NCBI RefSeq assembly: GCF_003991155.1
Contig: NZ_CP031293.1
Reading direction: 5' to 3' (one strand)
DNA length: 64,000 nt
Source: Escherichia coli
GTDB lineage: Bacteria; Pseudomonadota; Gammaproteobacteria; Enterobacterales; Enterobacteriaceae
This document shows, in pieces, positions 29,680 to 40,476 of this stretch (the first letter of the stretch is position 1; the number at the start of each line of letters is the position of its first letter). The notes under the pieces were generated by a model. The model was not told the DNA's origin. It saw nothing but the letters and a program-made list of their open reading frames with translations, and made no database searches. Position numbers and translations under genes: made by a program.

Positions 29680-29689
29680 GGAAAGATGC

Positions 29690-31969
29690 ATGAGCGAGCC
29701 GTTAATTGTCGGCATCCGGCATCATAGCCCGGCCTGCGCCCGGCTGGTGAAATCGTTAATCGAAAGCCAGCGGCCACGATACGTGTTGATTGAAGGCCCG
29801 GCTGATTTTAATGACCGGGTAGACGAACTGTTTTTAGCCCACCAGCTTCCGGTAGCTATTTACAGTTATTGCCAGTATCAGGACGGTACGGCCCCCGGGC
29901 GCGGTGCCTGGACGCCATTTGCTGAATTTTCACCGGAGTGGCAGGCGCTACAAGCCGCACGTCGTATTCAGGCACAAACTTACTTCATCGATTTACCTTG
30001 CTGGGCGCAGAGTGAAGAAGATGACGATTCGCCTGATACGCAAGAGGAAAGCCAGACCTTGCTGCTGCGTGCCACCCGCATGGATAACAGCGACACCCTG
30101 TGGGATCACTTGTTCGAAGATGAAAGCCAGCAAACTGCATTACCCTCTGCGCTGGCGCACTATTTTGCACAACTGCGGGGCGATTCCCCCGGAGATGCTC
30201 TCAATCGTCAGCGCGAAGCCTTTATGGCCCGCTGGATTGCATGGGCGATGCAGCAAAACAATGGCGACGTGTTAGTCGTCTGCGGCGGCTGGCATGCTCC
30301 GGCACTGGCAAAGATGTGGCGCGAATACACGCAGGAAATTAACACGCCGGAATTGCCCTCGCTGGCAGATGTCGTTACAGGTTGTTATCTCACCCCCTAC
30401 AGTGAAAAGCGCCTTGATGTGCTGGCAGGATACCTTTCCGGTATGCCTGCCCCGGTCTGGCAAAACTGGTGCTGGCGGTGGGGCTTGCAGCAGGCAGGTG
30501 AACAACTGCTGAAAACGGTTCTTACCCGTTTGCGCCAGCACCACTTGCCTGCTTCAACAGCGGATATGGCTGCCGCTCATCTGCATGCGATGGCACTGGC
30601 ACAGTTGCGCGGTCATACACTACCGTTACGCACTGACTGGCTGGATGCCATAGCAGGCTCGCTGATTAAAGAAGCCCTGAATGCGCCGTTGCCGTGGAGC
30701 TATCGCGGCGTTATTCATCCCGATACCGATCCGATTCTGCTAACGTTGATAGACACATTAGCGGGTGACGGATTCGGTAAACTTGCCCCTTCTACGCCAC
30801 AACCGCCTCTGCCAAAAGATGTCACCTGCGAACTGGAACGTACCGCAATCTCTCTTCCGGCGGAGCTTACCTTAAATCGCTTTAACCCCAATGGACTAGC
30901 GCAAAGTCAGGTGTTACATCGGCTGGCAATACTGGAGATCCCAGGGATTGTACGCCAGCAGGGAAGCACACTGACACTTGCAGGCAACGGTGAAGAACGC
31001 TGGAAATTAACCCGCCCGCTTAGCCAGCATGCGGCATTGATTGAGGCCGCCTGCTTTGGTGCAACACTCCAGGAAGCCGCACGCCATAAATTAGAAGCCG
31101 ATATGCTGGACGCGGGTGGAATCGGCAGTATCACCACATGTCTTAGCCAGGCGGCGTTAGCGGGTCTGGCGTCCTTCAGTCAGCAATTACTGGAACAACT
31201 CACATTATTAATCGCCCAAGAAAATCAGTTTGCCGAAATGGGCCAGGCGCTGGAAGTGCTTTACGCCTTGTGGCAGCTCGATGAAATCAGCGGTATGCAA
31301 GGCGCGCAGATATTACAAACGACGTTATGCGCGGCTATCGATCGCACGCTGTGGCTGTGTGAATCTAACGGCAGACCGGATGAAAAGGAGTTTCACGCTC
31401 ACCTGCATAGCTGGCAAGCGCTTTGCCATATCCTGCGCGATCTACATAGCGGCGTTAATTTACCCGGCGTTTCTCTTTCTGCGGCGGTAGCCTTACTGGA
31501 GCGACGCAGTCAGGCGATTCATGCCCCGGCGCTGGATCGCGGCGCGGCTCTTGGCGCACTAATGCGTCTGGAACATCCCAACGCCAGTGCCGAAGCGGCG
31601 CTGACGATGCTGGCGCAGTTATCCCCGGCACAATCCGGCGAGGCGCTGCACGGTTTGCTGGCGCTGGCCCGCCATCAACTGGCCTGTCAGCTGGCATTTA
31701 TCGCCGGTTTCAGTAGTCATTTAAATCAACTGAGTGACGACGATTTTATTAACGCCCTGCCCGATTTACGCGCGGCGATGGCCTGGCTACCACCACGAGA
31801 ACGCGGGACGCTGGCGCATCAGGTGCTTGAGCATTACCAGCTCGCACAGCTTCCCATTTCAGCGCTGCAAATGCCGTTGCATTGTCCACCGCAAGCCATT
31901 GCACATCATCAACAACTCGAACAGCAGGCACTGGCATCGCTGCAACACTGGGGAGTTTTCCATGTCTGA
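29690..31969 (+). CDS. yehM: Large uncharacterised protein YehM
   Basis: Start trimmed to MSEPLIVGIRHHSPA, 759 aa; begins 11 bp after the yehL stop. Confidence 0.85.
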   Translation: MSEPLIVGIRHHSPACARLVKSLIESQRPRYVLIEGPADFNDRVDELFLAHQLPVAIYSYCQYQDGTAPGRGAWTPFAEFSPEWQALQAARRIQAQTYFIDLPCWAQSEEDDDSPDTQEESQTLLLRATRMDNSDTLWDHLFEDESQQTALPSALAHYFAQLRGDSPGDALNRQREAFMARWIAWAMQQNNGDVLVVCGGWHAPALAKMWREYTQEINTPELPSLADVVTGCYLTPYSEKRLDVLAGYLSGMPAPVWQNWCWRWGLQQAGEQLLKTVLTRLRQHHLPASTADMAAAHLHAMALAQLRGHTLPLRTDWLDAIAGSLIKEALNAPLPWSYRGVIHPDTDPILLTLIDTLAGDGFGKLAPSTPQPPLPKDVTCELERTAISLPAELTLNRFNPNGLAQSQVLHRLAILEIPGIVRQQGSTLTLAGNGEERWKLTRPLSQHAALIEAACFGATLQEAARHKLEADMLDAGGIGSITTCLSQAALAGLASFSQQLLEQLTLLIAQENQFAEMGQALEVLYALWQLDEISGMQGAQILQTTLCAAIDRTLWLCESNGRPDEKEFHAHLHSWQALCHILRDLHSGVNLPGVSLSAAVALLERRSQAIHAPALDRGAALGALMRLEHPNASAEAALTMLAQLSPAQSGEALHGLLALARHQLACQLAFIAGFSSHLNQLSDDDFINALPDLRAAMAWLPPRERGTLAHQVLEHYQLAQLPISALQMPLHCPPQAIAHHQQLEQQALASLQHWGVFHV

Positions 31970-33098
31970 ACTGAACGATCTTCTGACCACCTGTGAGCTA
32001 CAACGCTGGCGATTAATTCTTGGCGAAGCGGCAGAAACGACCCTTTGTGGGCTGGATGACAATGCCCGGCAGATAGACCACGCGCTGGAGTGGCTGTATG
32101 GGCGCGATCCTGAACGGCTCCAGCGTGGTGAACGCTCTGGTGGATTAGGTGGCTCAAATCTCACCACCCCTGAGTGGATCAACAGTATTCACACACTGTT
32201 TCCGCAACAGGTGATTGAGCGACTGGAAAGCGATGCCGTACTGCGCTACGGCATTGAAGATGTGGTGACGAATCTCGACGTACTGGAACGTATGCAGCCT
32301 TCTGAAAGCCTGCTACGCGCCGTTTTGCACACCAAACATCTGATGAATCCCGAAGTACTGGCTGCCGCCCGCCAGATAGTGCGCCAGGTTGTTGAAGAAA
32401 TTATGGCTCGACTGGCAAAGGAAGTTCGTCAGGCTTTTTCTGGTGTCCGCGATCGCCGTCGCCGCTCATTTATTCCACTGGCGCGAAACTTTGATTTCAA
32501 AAGTACTCTGCGCGCCAACCTGCAACACTGGCACCCGCAACACGGCAAGTTGTATATCGAATCCCCCCGCTTTAACAGCCGCATTAAACGCCAAAGCGAA
32601 CAATGGCAACTGGTCTTACTGGTTGATCAAAGCGGATCAATGGTGGACTCGGTGATCCACTCCGCAGTGATGGCGGCCTGTTTATGGCAGTTACCCGGTA
32701 TTCGTACCCATCTGGTGGCGTTTGACACCAGCGTCGTCGATCTCACGGCAGACGTTGCTGATCCGGTAGAATTATTAATGAAAGTGCAATTAGGCGGCGG
32801 GACCAATATCGCCAGTGCTGTGGAATATGGTCGGCAACTTATTGAACAACCAGCGAAAAGCGTCATCATCCTCGTGAGCGATTTTTATGAAGGGGGTTCA
32901 TCATCATTGCTGACGCATCAGGTGAAAAAGTGTGTCCAGAGCGGCATCAAAGTGCTGGGGCTGGCAGCGCTCGACAGCACCGCAACGCCTTGCTATGACC
33001 GCGATATGGCCCAGGCGCTGGTTAATGTTGGCGCACAAATAGCCGCAATGACACCGGGTGAACTGGCTACCTGGCTTGCGGAGAATTTGCAGTCATGA
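31962..33098 (+). CDS. yehP: von Willebrand factor A domain protein YehP
   Basis: Start trimmed to MSELNDLL, 378 aa; MIDAS motif DQSGS; start overlaps the yehM stop by 8 nt. Confidence 0.9.
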   Translation: MSELNDLLTTCELQRWRLILGEAAETTLCGLDDNARQIDHALEWLYGRDPERLQRGERSGGLGGSNLTTPEWINSIHTLFPQQVIERLESDAVLRYGIEDVVTNLDVLERMQPSESLLRAVLHTKHLMNPEVLAAARQIVRQVVEEIMARLAKEVRQAFSGVRDRRRRSFIPLARNFDFKSTLRANLQHWHPQHGKLYIESPRFNSRIKRQSEQWQLVLLVDQSGSMVDSVIHSAVMAACLWQLPGIRTHLVAFDTSVVDLTADVADPVELLMKVQLGGGTNIASAVEYGRQLIEQPAKSVIILVSDFYEGGSSSLLTHQVKKCVQSGIKVLGLAALDSTATPCYDRDMAQALVNVGAQIAAMTPGELATWLAENLQS

Positions 33099-35095
33099 AT
33101 TCACTACGTCCGGAATTATTAGAACTCACGCCGCAGGCCCTGACGGCGTTAAGCAATGCCGGTTTTGTTAAGCGCAGTCTTAAGGAACTGGAAAATGGCA
33201 ACGTCCCGGAAATCAGCCATGAGAACGGCGCTTTAATCGCCACCTTCAGTGACGGTGTCCGTACCCAACTGGCGAGCGGTCAGGCACTGAAAGAGGCTCA
33301 GTGCAGCTGCGGGGCCAACGGCATGTGCCGCCATCGCGTGATGCTGGTTTTAAGTTATCAGCGACTTTGCGCCACCACCCAGCCTACGGAAAAAGAAGAA
33401 GAGTGGGATCCGGCAATCTGGCTGGAAGAACTGGCTACCCTGCCCGATGCCACCCGCAAACGCGCACAGACACTGGTCGCTAAAGGCATCACCATTGAGT
33501 TGTTCTGTACGCCGGGCGAAATTCCCTCTGCCCGCTTACCGATGAGCGATGTACGTTTTTATTCCCGCAGCAGCATTCGTTTCGCACGCTGTGATTGTAT
33601 TGAAGGCACGCTGTGTGAACACGTAGCACTGGCTGTGCAGGCCTTCGTCGAGGCCAAAACTCAGCAAGCGGAATTTACTCATTTAATCTGGCAGATGCGC
33701 AGCGAACACGTCACATCATCTGACGATCCGTTTGCCAACGATGAGGGCGACGCGTGTCGTCAATATGTTCAGCAATTAAGCCAGGCGTTATGGCTTGGCG
33801 GCATCAGCCAGCCGCTTATTCATTACGAGGCTGCTTTCAGCCGCGCGCAGCAAGCGGCGGAACGCTGCAACTGGCGCTGGGTAAGTGAATCACTACGACA
33901 GCTACGGGCAAGCGTTGATGCCTTCCACGCCCGCGCCAGTCACTATCATGCCGGAGAATGCTTACGTCAGCTTGCGGCATTAAACAGTCGATTAAATTGC
34001 GCACAAGAGATGGCGCGGCGCGACAGTGTTGGTGAAGTTCCTCCTGTGCCGTGGCGCACGGTCGTTGGCGCTGGCATTGCCGGAGAAGCAAAGCTTGATC
34101 ATCTGCGGCTGGTGTCTTTAGGTATGCGTTGCTGGCAGGATATTGAACAGTATGGTTTACGCATCTGGTTCACCGATCCCGACACCGGCAGTATTTTGCA
34201 CCTTTCGCGTAGTTGGCCGAGAAGCGAACAAGAAAACGCTCCCGCGGCAAAACGTCGGCTGTTTAGTTTTCAGGCTGGCGCACTGGCAGGTGGGCAAATT
34301 GTTTCACAAGCAGCGCGTCGCAGTGCCGAAGGCGAACTGCTGTTCGCGACCCGTAACCGCTTGAGTAGTGTTGTGCCGCTGTCGCCAGATGCCTGGCAAA
34401 TGTTGAGCGCGCCGTTGCGCCAGCCGGGCATTGTGGCTTTGCGGGAATATTTACGCCAGCGTCCCCCCGCCTGCATACGGCCTCTTAATCAGGTGGATAA
34501 CTTATTTATTCTGCCGGTCGCTGAGTGTATTTCACTCGGTTGGGATAGCAGCCGCCAGACGCTGGATGCGGAGGTAATCAGCGGCGAAGGTGAAGATAAC
34601 GTGCTGACATTATCCCTACCAGCCTCTGCCTGTTCGCCCTTTGCTGTTGAACGCATGGCAGCTCTGTTACAACAAACAGAGGACCCCGTGAGTCTGGTTT
34701 CTGGCTTTGTCAGCTTTGTAGAGGGGCAATTGACACTGGAACCACGGGTGATGATGACAAAAACCCGCGCCTGGGCGCTGGACGCAGAAACTGCGCCTGT
34801 GGCACCGCTACCTTCTGCCAGCGTTCTGCCTGTGCCGTCTACCGCTCATCAGTTGCTGATGCGCTGCCAGGCGTTACTTATTCAACTGCTCCATAACGGC
34901 TGGCGCTATCAGGAACAGAGTGCTATTGGTCAGGCAGAGTTGCTGGCGAATGACCTCACCGCGGTGGGTTTTTATCGGCTGGCACATGTGTTGGCACAAT
35001 TTCGTAATACAGAAAGCGAGGCACGGGTAGAAGCAATGAATAACGGTGTTTTGATTTGCGAACAATTATTCCCCATGCTTCAGCAACAAGGATGA
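33095..35095 (+). CDS. yehQ: YehQ, protein with two SWIM-type zinc-finger motifs
   Basis: Two CxCx5CxH motifs (CSCGANGMCRH and CDCIEGTLCEH); ATGA start/stop overlap with yehP. Start position is uncertain. Confidence 0.8.
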   Translation: MNSLRPELLELTPQALTALSNAGFVKRSLKELENGNVPEISHENGALIATFSDGVRTQLASGQALKEAQCSCGANGMCRHRVMLVLSYQRLCATTQPTEKEEEWDPAIWLEELATLPDATRKRAQTLVAKGITIELFCTPGEIPSARLPMSDVRFYSRSSIRFARCDCIEGTLCEHVALAVQAFVEAKTQQAEFTHLIWQMRSEHVTSSDDPFANDEGDACRQYVQQLSQALWLGGISQPLIHYEAAFSRAQQAAERCNWRWVSESLRQLRASVDAFHARASHYHAGECLRQLAALNSRLNCAQEMARRDSVGEVPPVPWRTVVGAGIAGEAKLDHLRLVSLGMRCWQDIEQYGLRIWFTDPDTGSILHLSRSWPRSEQENAPAAKRRLFSFQAGALAGGQIVSQAARRSAEGELLFATRNRLSSVVPLSPDAWQMLSAPLRQPGIVALREYLRQRPPACIRPLNQVDNLFILPVAECISLGWDSSRQTLDAEVISGEGEDNVLTLSLPASACSPFAVERMAALLQQTEDPVSLVSGFVSFVEGQLTLEPRVMMTKTRAWALDAETAPVAPLPSASVLPVPSTAHQLLMRCQALLIQLLHNGWRYQEQSAIGQAELLANDLTAVGFYRLAHVLAQFRNTESEARVEAMNNGVLICEQLFPMLQQQG

Positions 35096-35219
35096 AATAG
35101 TGCTTTTTACTAAGAGTTCTACTCCAGTTCCGGACTGCTCACGCCACAGTATTAGGCATATCCTATATAGCCCCTGGTGAGAGTCACCAGTTCCTTGATT
35201 AAATAAAATGGAGTTTTAC

Positions 35220-35681
35220 ATGAAGGCTTTCAATAAGCTGTTTTCCCTTGTGGTAGCATCTGTTCTGGTTTTCTCTCTTGCTGGCTGCGGTGACAAAGAA
35301 GAATCGAAGAAATTCAGCGCCAATCTGAACGGCACTGAAATTGCCATTACCTATGTCTACAAAGGTGACAAGGTGCTTAAGCAATCTTCTGAAACCAAAA
35401 TTCAATTTGCCTCCATTGGTGCAACCACCAAAGAAGATGCCGCCAGGACACTTGAGCCGTTAAGCGCCAAATACAAAAACATCGCGGGTGTTGAAGAAAA
35501 ATTAACCTATACCGATACCTACGCGCAGGAAAACGTGACTATTGATATGGAAAAAGTGGATTTTAAAGCCCTGCAGGGTATTTCAGGAATCAACGTTTCT
35601 GCTGAAGATGCCAAAAAAGGTATCACTATGGCGCAAATGGAACTGGTGATGAAAGCCGCTGGTTTTAAAGAAGTGAAATAA
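35220..35681 (+). CDS. yehR: Lipoprotein YehR
   Basis: Start trimmed to MKAFNKLFSLVVASVLVFSLAGC (lipobox), 153 aa. Confidence 0.9.
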   Translation: MKAFNKLFSLVVASVLVFSLAGCGDKEESKKFSANLNGTEIAITYVYKGDKVLKQSSETKIQFASIGATTKEDAARTLEPLSAKYKNIAGVEEKLTYTDTYAQENVTIDMEKVDFKALQGISGINVSAEDAKKGITMAQMELVMKAAGFKEVK

Positions 35682-35687
35682 TCTGTC

Positions 35688-35712
35688 GGCGGCCATGTTT
35701 CGCATGGCCGCC
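35688..35712. terminator. Strong GC hairpin between convergent yehR and yehS
   Basis: ggcggccatg / catggccgcc 10-bp stem with tttcg loop. Confidence 0.65.
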
Positions 35713-35721
35713 ATACCCGTC

Positions 35722-36192
35722 TTAGCTTTTCTTCACATGCTGGCGCGCTGCCAGTCCACGCAGAAAATAACGTAAAAATTGATCGCCGCATTCGCGGAAG
35801 TTTTTATGATCCGGTGCACGCATCATCGCCGTAATTTCCGGCATCGAAACGCGGAACTGCTGTTCGGTGAGGATTGCCAGAATGTCATCGGTTTTAAGCG
35901 AAAACGCGATGCGTAATTTTTTCAGCACGATGTTGTTATTAATGCGACGTTCCGGCTCCAGTGCCGGAGCAGACTCATCCTTGCCGCGTTTTTCATAAAT
36001 CAGGCAATTGAGGAATGAAGACAAAACAATGTCCGGACAACGCTGAAAACCCTCTTCGTCTTCTTTACGTAGCCAGACGGCGATCTGTTCCGCGGTGGCT
36101 TCGACATTACCCAGCGCCAGAATACGCACCAGGTCATTATTATTGGCTTTCAAAATGTAGCGCACGCTGCGCAGAATATCGTTACTTAGCAT
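35722..36192 (-). CDS. yehS: Uncharacterised protein YehS
   Basis: Start trimmed to MLSNDILRSV, 156 aa. Confidence 0.85.
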   Translation of the reverse strand: MLSNDILRSVRYILKANNNDLVRILALGNVEATAEQIAVWLRKEDEEGFQRCPDIVLSSFLNCLIYEKRGKDESAPALEPERRINNNIVLKKLRIAFSLKTDDILAILTEQQFRVSMPEITAMMRAPDHKNFRECGDQFLRYFLRGLAARQHVKKS

Positions 36193-36238
36193 GAGGCCTT
36201 CAGGTGTTGATGAGGCAAAAAGCCATTTTAGCAGTCTT

Positions 36239-36958
36239 TTACAGGCCAATCGCCTCTTTTAAGCTTTTCAGATAACGGCGGCTGACCGGCACGGTTAAGC
36301 CATTACGCAAAATCAACTCGGCCTGACCGTTATCTTCCAGACGAATCTCCTGTAAATGCGCGAGGTTAACCAGATACTGACGATGGCAGCGCAGTAGTGG
36401 TGTACGACTCTCCAGGGTACGTAATGTCAGTTCGGTAAAGCCCTCTTTCCCTTCGTGACTGGTAACGTAGACACCGCTCATCCGACTGCTGACAAATGCC
36501 ACATCTTTCATTTGCAGCAAATAAATCCGACTATGCCCCGTACAAGGGATAAATTTCAGCGCCTGTTGATTTTCCGGTAACAACGAAACATCCTGCTTGC
36601 TGCGCTCCAGACGCAATCGCGCCAGCGTTTTCTCCAGTCGCGCTTCATCAATTGGCTTCAGCAGATAATCAAAGGCATGTTCTTCAAAGGCTTTAATGGC
36701 GTATTCGTCAAACGCGGTGAGAAAAACAATATACGGGCGATGTTCCGGGTCGAGCATCCCCACCATTTCCAGACCACTGATGCGCGGCATCTGGATATCG
36801 AGAAACAGCACATCCGGGCGCAGTTTATGCACCGCGCCGATCCCTTCTACGGCGTTTGAACACTCTCCAACGATTTCAATATCGCTCTGCTCCTGCAAAA
36901 ATACGCGCAGGTTCTCCCGTGCTAACGGTTCATCATCGACAATTAAGACTTTAATCAT
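36239..36958 (-). CDS. btsR: LytTR-type response regulator BtsR (YehT)
   Basis: Start trimmed to [16 protein letters not shown], 239 aa; receiver domain plus LytTR DNA-binding domain. Confidence 0.93.
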   Translation of the reverse strand: MIKVLIVDDEPLARENLRVFLQEQSDIEIVGECSNAVEGIGAVHKLRPDVLFLDIQMPRISGLEMVGMLDPEHRPYIVFLTAFDEYAIKAFEEHAFDYLLKPIDEARLEKTLARLRLERSKQDVSLLPENQQALKFIPCTGHSRIYLLQMKDVAFVSSRMSGVYVTSHEGKEGFTELTLRTLESRTPLLRCHRQYLVNLAHLQEIRLEDNGQAELILRNGLTVPVSRRYLKSLKEAIGL

Positions 36959-38640
36959 GCCTCGTCCCTCCATGGTAGTCGTAACGTTATTCGGGTGTAA
37001 CTATCAGGCTCACAGGCGACGCTTATCCCATAGTCATCGCCAAACCGTTCACGTAAACGCTTATCCACCAGATTCATCCCCAGCCCACTGGCATTGGTTA
37101 CCGGTTGATACAAACCTGCATTGTCTTCGATCTCCAGCATCAAATGTTGCCCCTCACGTCGGGCGCTGATTGCCACTCGCCCTGTATCCAGCAGTTGTGA
37201 TGTCCCATGTTTAATGGCGTTTTCCACTATCGGTTGCAGGGTAAACGCGGGCAATTGCTGCTGGGATAATTCTTGCGGAATAGCAATGTTGACCTGCAAC
37301 CGCGACTGGAAGCGCGCCTTTTCAATTTGCAGATAAGCGTTCACATGTTCAATTTCGTCGGCGAGAGTAACAAACTCCGAAGGCCGCTTTAAGTTTTTGC
37401 GGAAAAAAGTGGAAAGATACTGCACCAGCTGGCTGGCCTGTTCGCTGTCGCGGCGGATCACCGCTTTAATGGTGTTAAGCGCATTAAACAAAAAATGGGG
37501 ATTCACCTGGGCGTGAAGCAGTTTGATCTCTGACTGGGTGAGCATCGCTTTTTGCCGCTCATATTGCCCGGCGAGGATCTGTGCCGAAAGCAGTTGCGCA
37601 ATCCCCTCACCCAGCGTGCGATTGATTGAACTGAATAAACGGTTTTTGGCTTCATACAATTTGATGGTACCCATCACTCGCTGATTTTCACCACGCAACG
37701 GAATGACCAGCGTCGACCCCAGTTTGCATTGCGGATGCAAAGAGCAACGGTAAGGCACTTCGTTGCCATCAGCGTAGACCACTTCACCGGTTTCAATCGC
37801 TTTTAAGGTATAAGTTGAAGAAATCGGTTTGCCGGGTAAATGGTGGTCGTCACCAATTCCGGTAAAGGCCAGCAATTTCTCTCGATCGGTAATCGCGACT
37901 GCACCAATATCCAGCTCCTGATACAGCACCTGTGCCACTTTCATGCTGTTCTCTTCGTTAAACCCCTGGCGCAAAATGCCTTCCGTCGAGGCCGCCACTT
38001 TCAGCGCAGTGGCAGAAAAAGCCGAAGTGTATTTTTCAAACATCGCGCGTTTATCGAGCAATATACGCATAAACAGTGCCGCGCCGACGGTATTGGTGAC
38101 CATCATTGGCGCAGCAATATTACTCACCAGACGCACCGCATCTTCATAAGGTCGGGCGATCGCCAGGATGATCAACATTTGCACCATTTCAGCGACGAAC
38201 GTAACGGCACCGGCGGTAATGGGGTTAAAGACTTTATCAGTGCGCCCGCGACGGATCAGGATGCTGTGTACCAGGCCGCCGAGCAATCCTTCAACGATGG
38301 TCGAGATCATGCAACTTAGCGCGGTCATGCCCCCCATCGAATATCGATGTAACCCGCCGGTCAGACCAACCAGCCCACCGACGACCGGACCGCCGAGTAA
38401 GCCGCCCATTACCGCGCCTATCGCACGGGTATTGGCAATAGAATCGTCAATGTGCAACCCAAACCAGGTGCCCATGATGCAGAAGATGGAAAAGACGATG
38501 TAGCAGAGAAATTTATGCGGCAGACGAACCGTGACCTGCATTAGCGGTATGAATAATGGCGTTTTACTCATTAACCACGCAATGACTAAAAAAACGCACA
38601 TCTGCTGAAGCAGCAGCAACACCAGATTAAAATCGTACAT
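36955..38640 (-). CDS. btsS: Sensor histidine kinase BtsS (YehU)
   Basis: Start trimmed to [13 protein letters not shown], 561 aa; multi-pass membrane N-terminus; stop overlaps the btsR start. Confidence 0.93.
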   Translation of the reverse strand: MYDFNLVLLLLQQMCVFLVIAWLMSKTPLFIPLMQVTVRLPHKFLCYIVFSIFCIMGTWFGLHIDDSIANTRAIGAVMGGLLGGPVVGGLVGLTGGLHRYSMGGMTALSCMISTIVEGLLGGLVHSILIRRGRTDKVFNPITAGAVTFVAEMVQMLIILAIARPYEDAVRLVSNIAAPMMVTNTVGAALFMRILLDKRAMFEKYTSAFSATALKVAASTEGILRQGFNEENSMKVAQVLYQELDIGAVAITDREKLLAFTGIGDDHHLPGKPISSTYTLKAIETGEVVYADGNEVPYRCSLHPQCKLGSTLVIPLRGENQRVMGTIKLYEAKNRLFSSINRTLGEGIAQLLSAQILAGQYERQKAMLTQSEIKLLHAQVNPHFLFNALNTIKAVIRRDSEQASQLVQYLSTFFRKNLKRPSEFVTLADEIEHVNAYLQIEKARFQSRLQVNIAIPQELSQQQLPAFTLQPIVENAIKHGTSQLLDTGRVAISARREGQHLMLEIEDNAGLYQPVTNASGLGMNLVDKRLRERFGDDYGISVACEPDSYTRITLRLPWRDEA

Positions 38641-38861
38641 ACCCGCAAACCACACTTCCCTTTAAAACGCGTAACATACATTGCCTGCGTTTAACTTTCT
38701 TTGAACTCTTGCAGAAAAATGAGAATTCGTGAGTACGATCACTCAAAATCGCCTGGCAAAAATAAAATCACCCTATAGATGCACAAAAAACGGGCAAAAC
38801 TACCTGGTTCGCAAAACTGCGTCTAAAGTTAAACCGGGACCTCGCGAGCAAGGGTGAGACG

Positions 38862-39593
38862 ATGGCGCTTTACACAATTGGTGAAGTGGCGTTGCTTTGT
38901 GATATTAACCCTGTCACGTTACGCGCGTGGCAGAGGCGTTACGGATTGCTGAAACCGCAACGGACAGACGGCGGTCATCGGCTGTTCAACGATGCCGATA
39001 TTGACCGGATCCGCGAGATCAAACGCTGGATCGACAACGGCGTGCAGGTCAGCAAAGTAAAAATGCTGCTCAGTAATGAAAATGTTGATGTGCAGAACGG
39101 CTGGCGCGATCAGCAAGAAACATTACTGACTTACCTGCAAAGCGGCAATCTGCATAGCCTGCGAACGTGGATCAAAGAGCGCGGTCAGGATTACCCCGCC
39201 CAGACACTCACCACACATCTGTTTATTCCTCTGCGCCGACGACTTCAGTGTCAACAACCGACTCTCCAGGCGCTGCTAGCGATCCTCGACGGCGTACTGA
39301 TCAACTACATCGCCATCTGTCTGGCTTCGGCACGTAAAAAACAGGGTAAAGATGCGCTGGTGGTTGGCTGGAATATTCACGATACCACCCGTCTGTGGCT
39401 GGAGGGCTGGATTGCCAGTCAACAAGGATGGCGCATTGATGTCCTCGCCCACTCGCTCAATCAACTACGCCCTGAACTGTTCGAAGGCCGTACATTGCTG
39501 GTGTGGTGCGGTGAAAATCGAACCTCCGCCCAACAGCAGCAACTCACCAGTTGGCAGGAACAAGGCCATGATATTTTCCCACTCGGCATTTAA
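38862..39593 (+). CDS. mlrA: MerR-family regulator MlrA
   Basis: 243 aa; N-terminal MerR HTH (YTIGEVALLCDINPVTLRAWQRRYGLL). Confidence 0.95.
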   Translation: MALYTIGEVALLCDINPVTLRAWQRRYGLLKPQRTDGGHRLFNDADIDRIREIKRWIDNGVQVSKVKMLLSNENVDVQNGWRDQQETLLTYLQSGNLHSLRTWIKERGQDYPAQTLTTHLFIPLRRRLQCQQPTLQALLAILDGVLINYIAICLASARKKQGKDALVVGWNIHDTTRLWLEGWIASQQGWRIDVLAHSLNQLRPELFEGRTLLVWCGENRTSAQQQQLTSWQEQGHDIFPLGI

Positions 39594-39652
39594 TGATTCG
39601 TTAACAAATGCGCTTTACTGTACAATCCTTTCGTTAACATAAGGAGTGCATT

Positions 39653-39760
39653 ATGCGCATAGCTAAAATTGGGGTCATCGCCCTGTTCCTGTTTATGGCG
39701 TTAGGCGGAATTGGTGGCGTCATGCTCGCAGGTTATACCTTTATTTTGCGTGCTGGCTGA
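39653..39760 (+). CDS. yohO: Small membrane protein YohO (35 aa)
   Basis: Found by eye, below the ORF-track cutoff: [35 protein letters not shown], with AAGGAG upstream. Confidence 0.8.
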
Positions 39761-40472
39761 ACGCCTGCACCAGCCTTTCAAACAGGCGGTCTGCGATGAT
39801 CGCCGCCAGTGCCACCAGTAACGCCCCCTGGATCACATACGCGGTATTAAATCCGCTAAGCCCGATGATGATCGGCATACCCAGCGTGCTGGCCCCTACC
39901 GTTGAGGCGATCGTCGCCGTACCAATGTTGATAATCACCGAAGTTCGCACGCCCGCCAGAATCACCGGAGCCGCCAGCGGTAGCTCGACCTTACGCAGTC
40001 GCTGACCACGACTCATTCCCATACCTTTCGCAACTTCTGTCACGCTGGCATCAATCGCTCCCAGCCCGGCAAGTGTCGCCTGCAGGACGGGCAGCACGCC
40101 GTAAAGGATCAAGGCGATAATCGCGGGTTGCAGACCAAAGCCGATCACCGGAACGGCAATCGCCAGCACCGCGACGGGCGGAAAAGTCTGCCCAACGGCG
40201 GCAATAGTTTCCACCAGTGGGCGAAATTCCGCGCCCCACGGGCGAGTAACAATAATTCCTGCACCAGTGCCAATGATCACCGCAAACAAACTCGAAATTC
40301 CCACCAGCCAGAAATGAGCCAGTGCCAGAGCTGCAAAACTTTCTTGCTGATAAACGGGGCGTGGCAGTTGTGGGAACAAGGCAGCAAACAGCGGCTGGCT
40401 GTAAGGCAGCCAGAAAATCAGTGCCACAAACAAAGCAATGAGCCAGAACAGCGGATCGCGCAACATCTTCAT
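39741..40472 (-). CDS. yehW: ABC transporter permease YehW (osmoprotectant uptake)
   Basis: 243 aa, hydrophobic permease. Confidence 0.92.
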
Positions 40473-40476
40473 ACGT

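Noticed and set aside
37840-38503. Plus-strand ORFs of 159 and 111 aa inside btsS
   Set aside because: Antisense to the sensor kinase gene; composition-driven.
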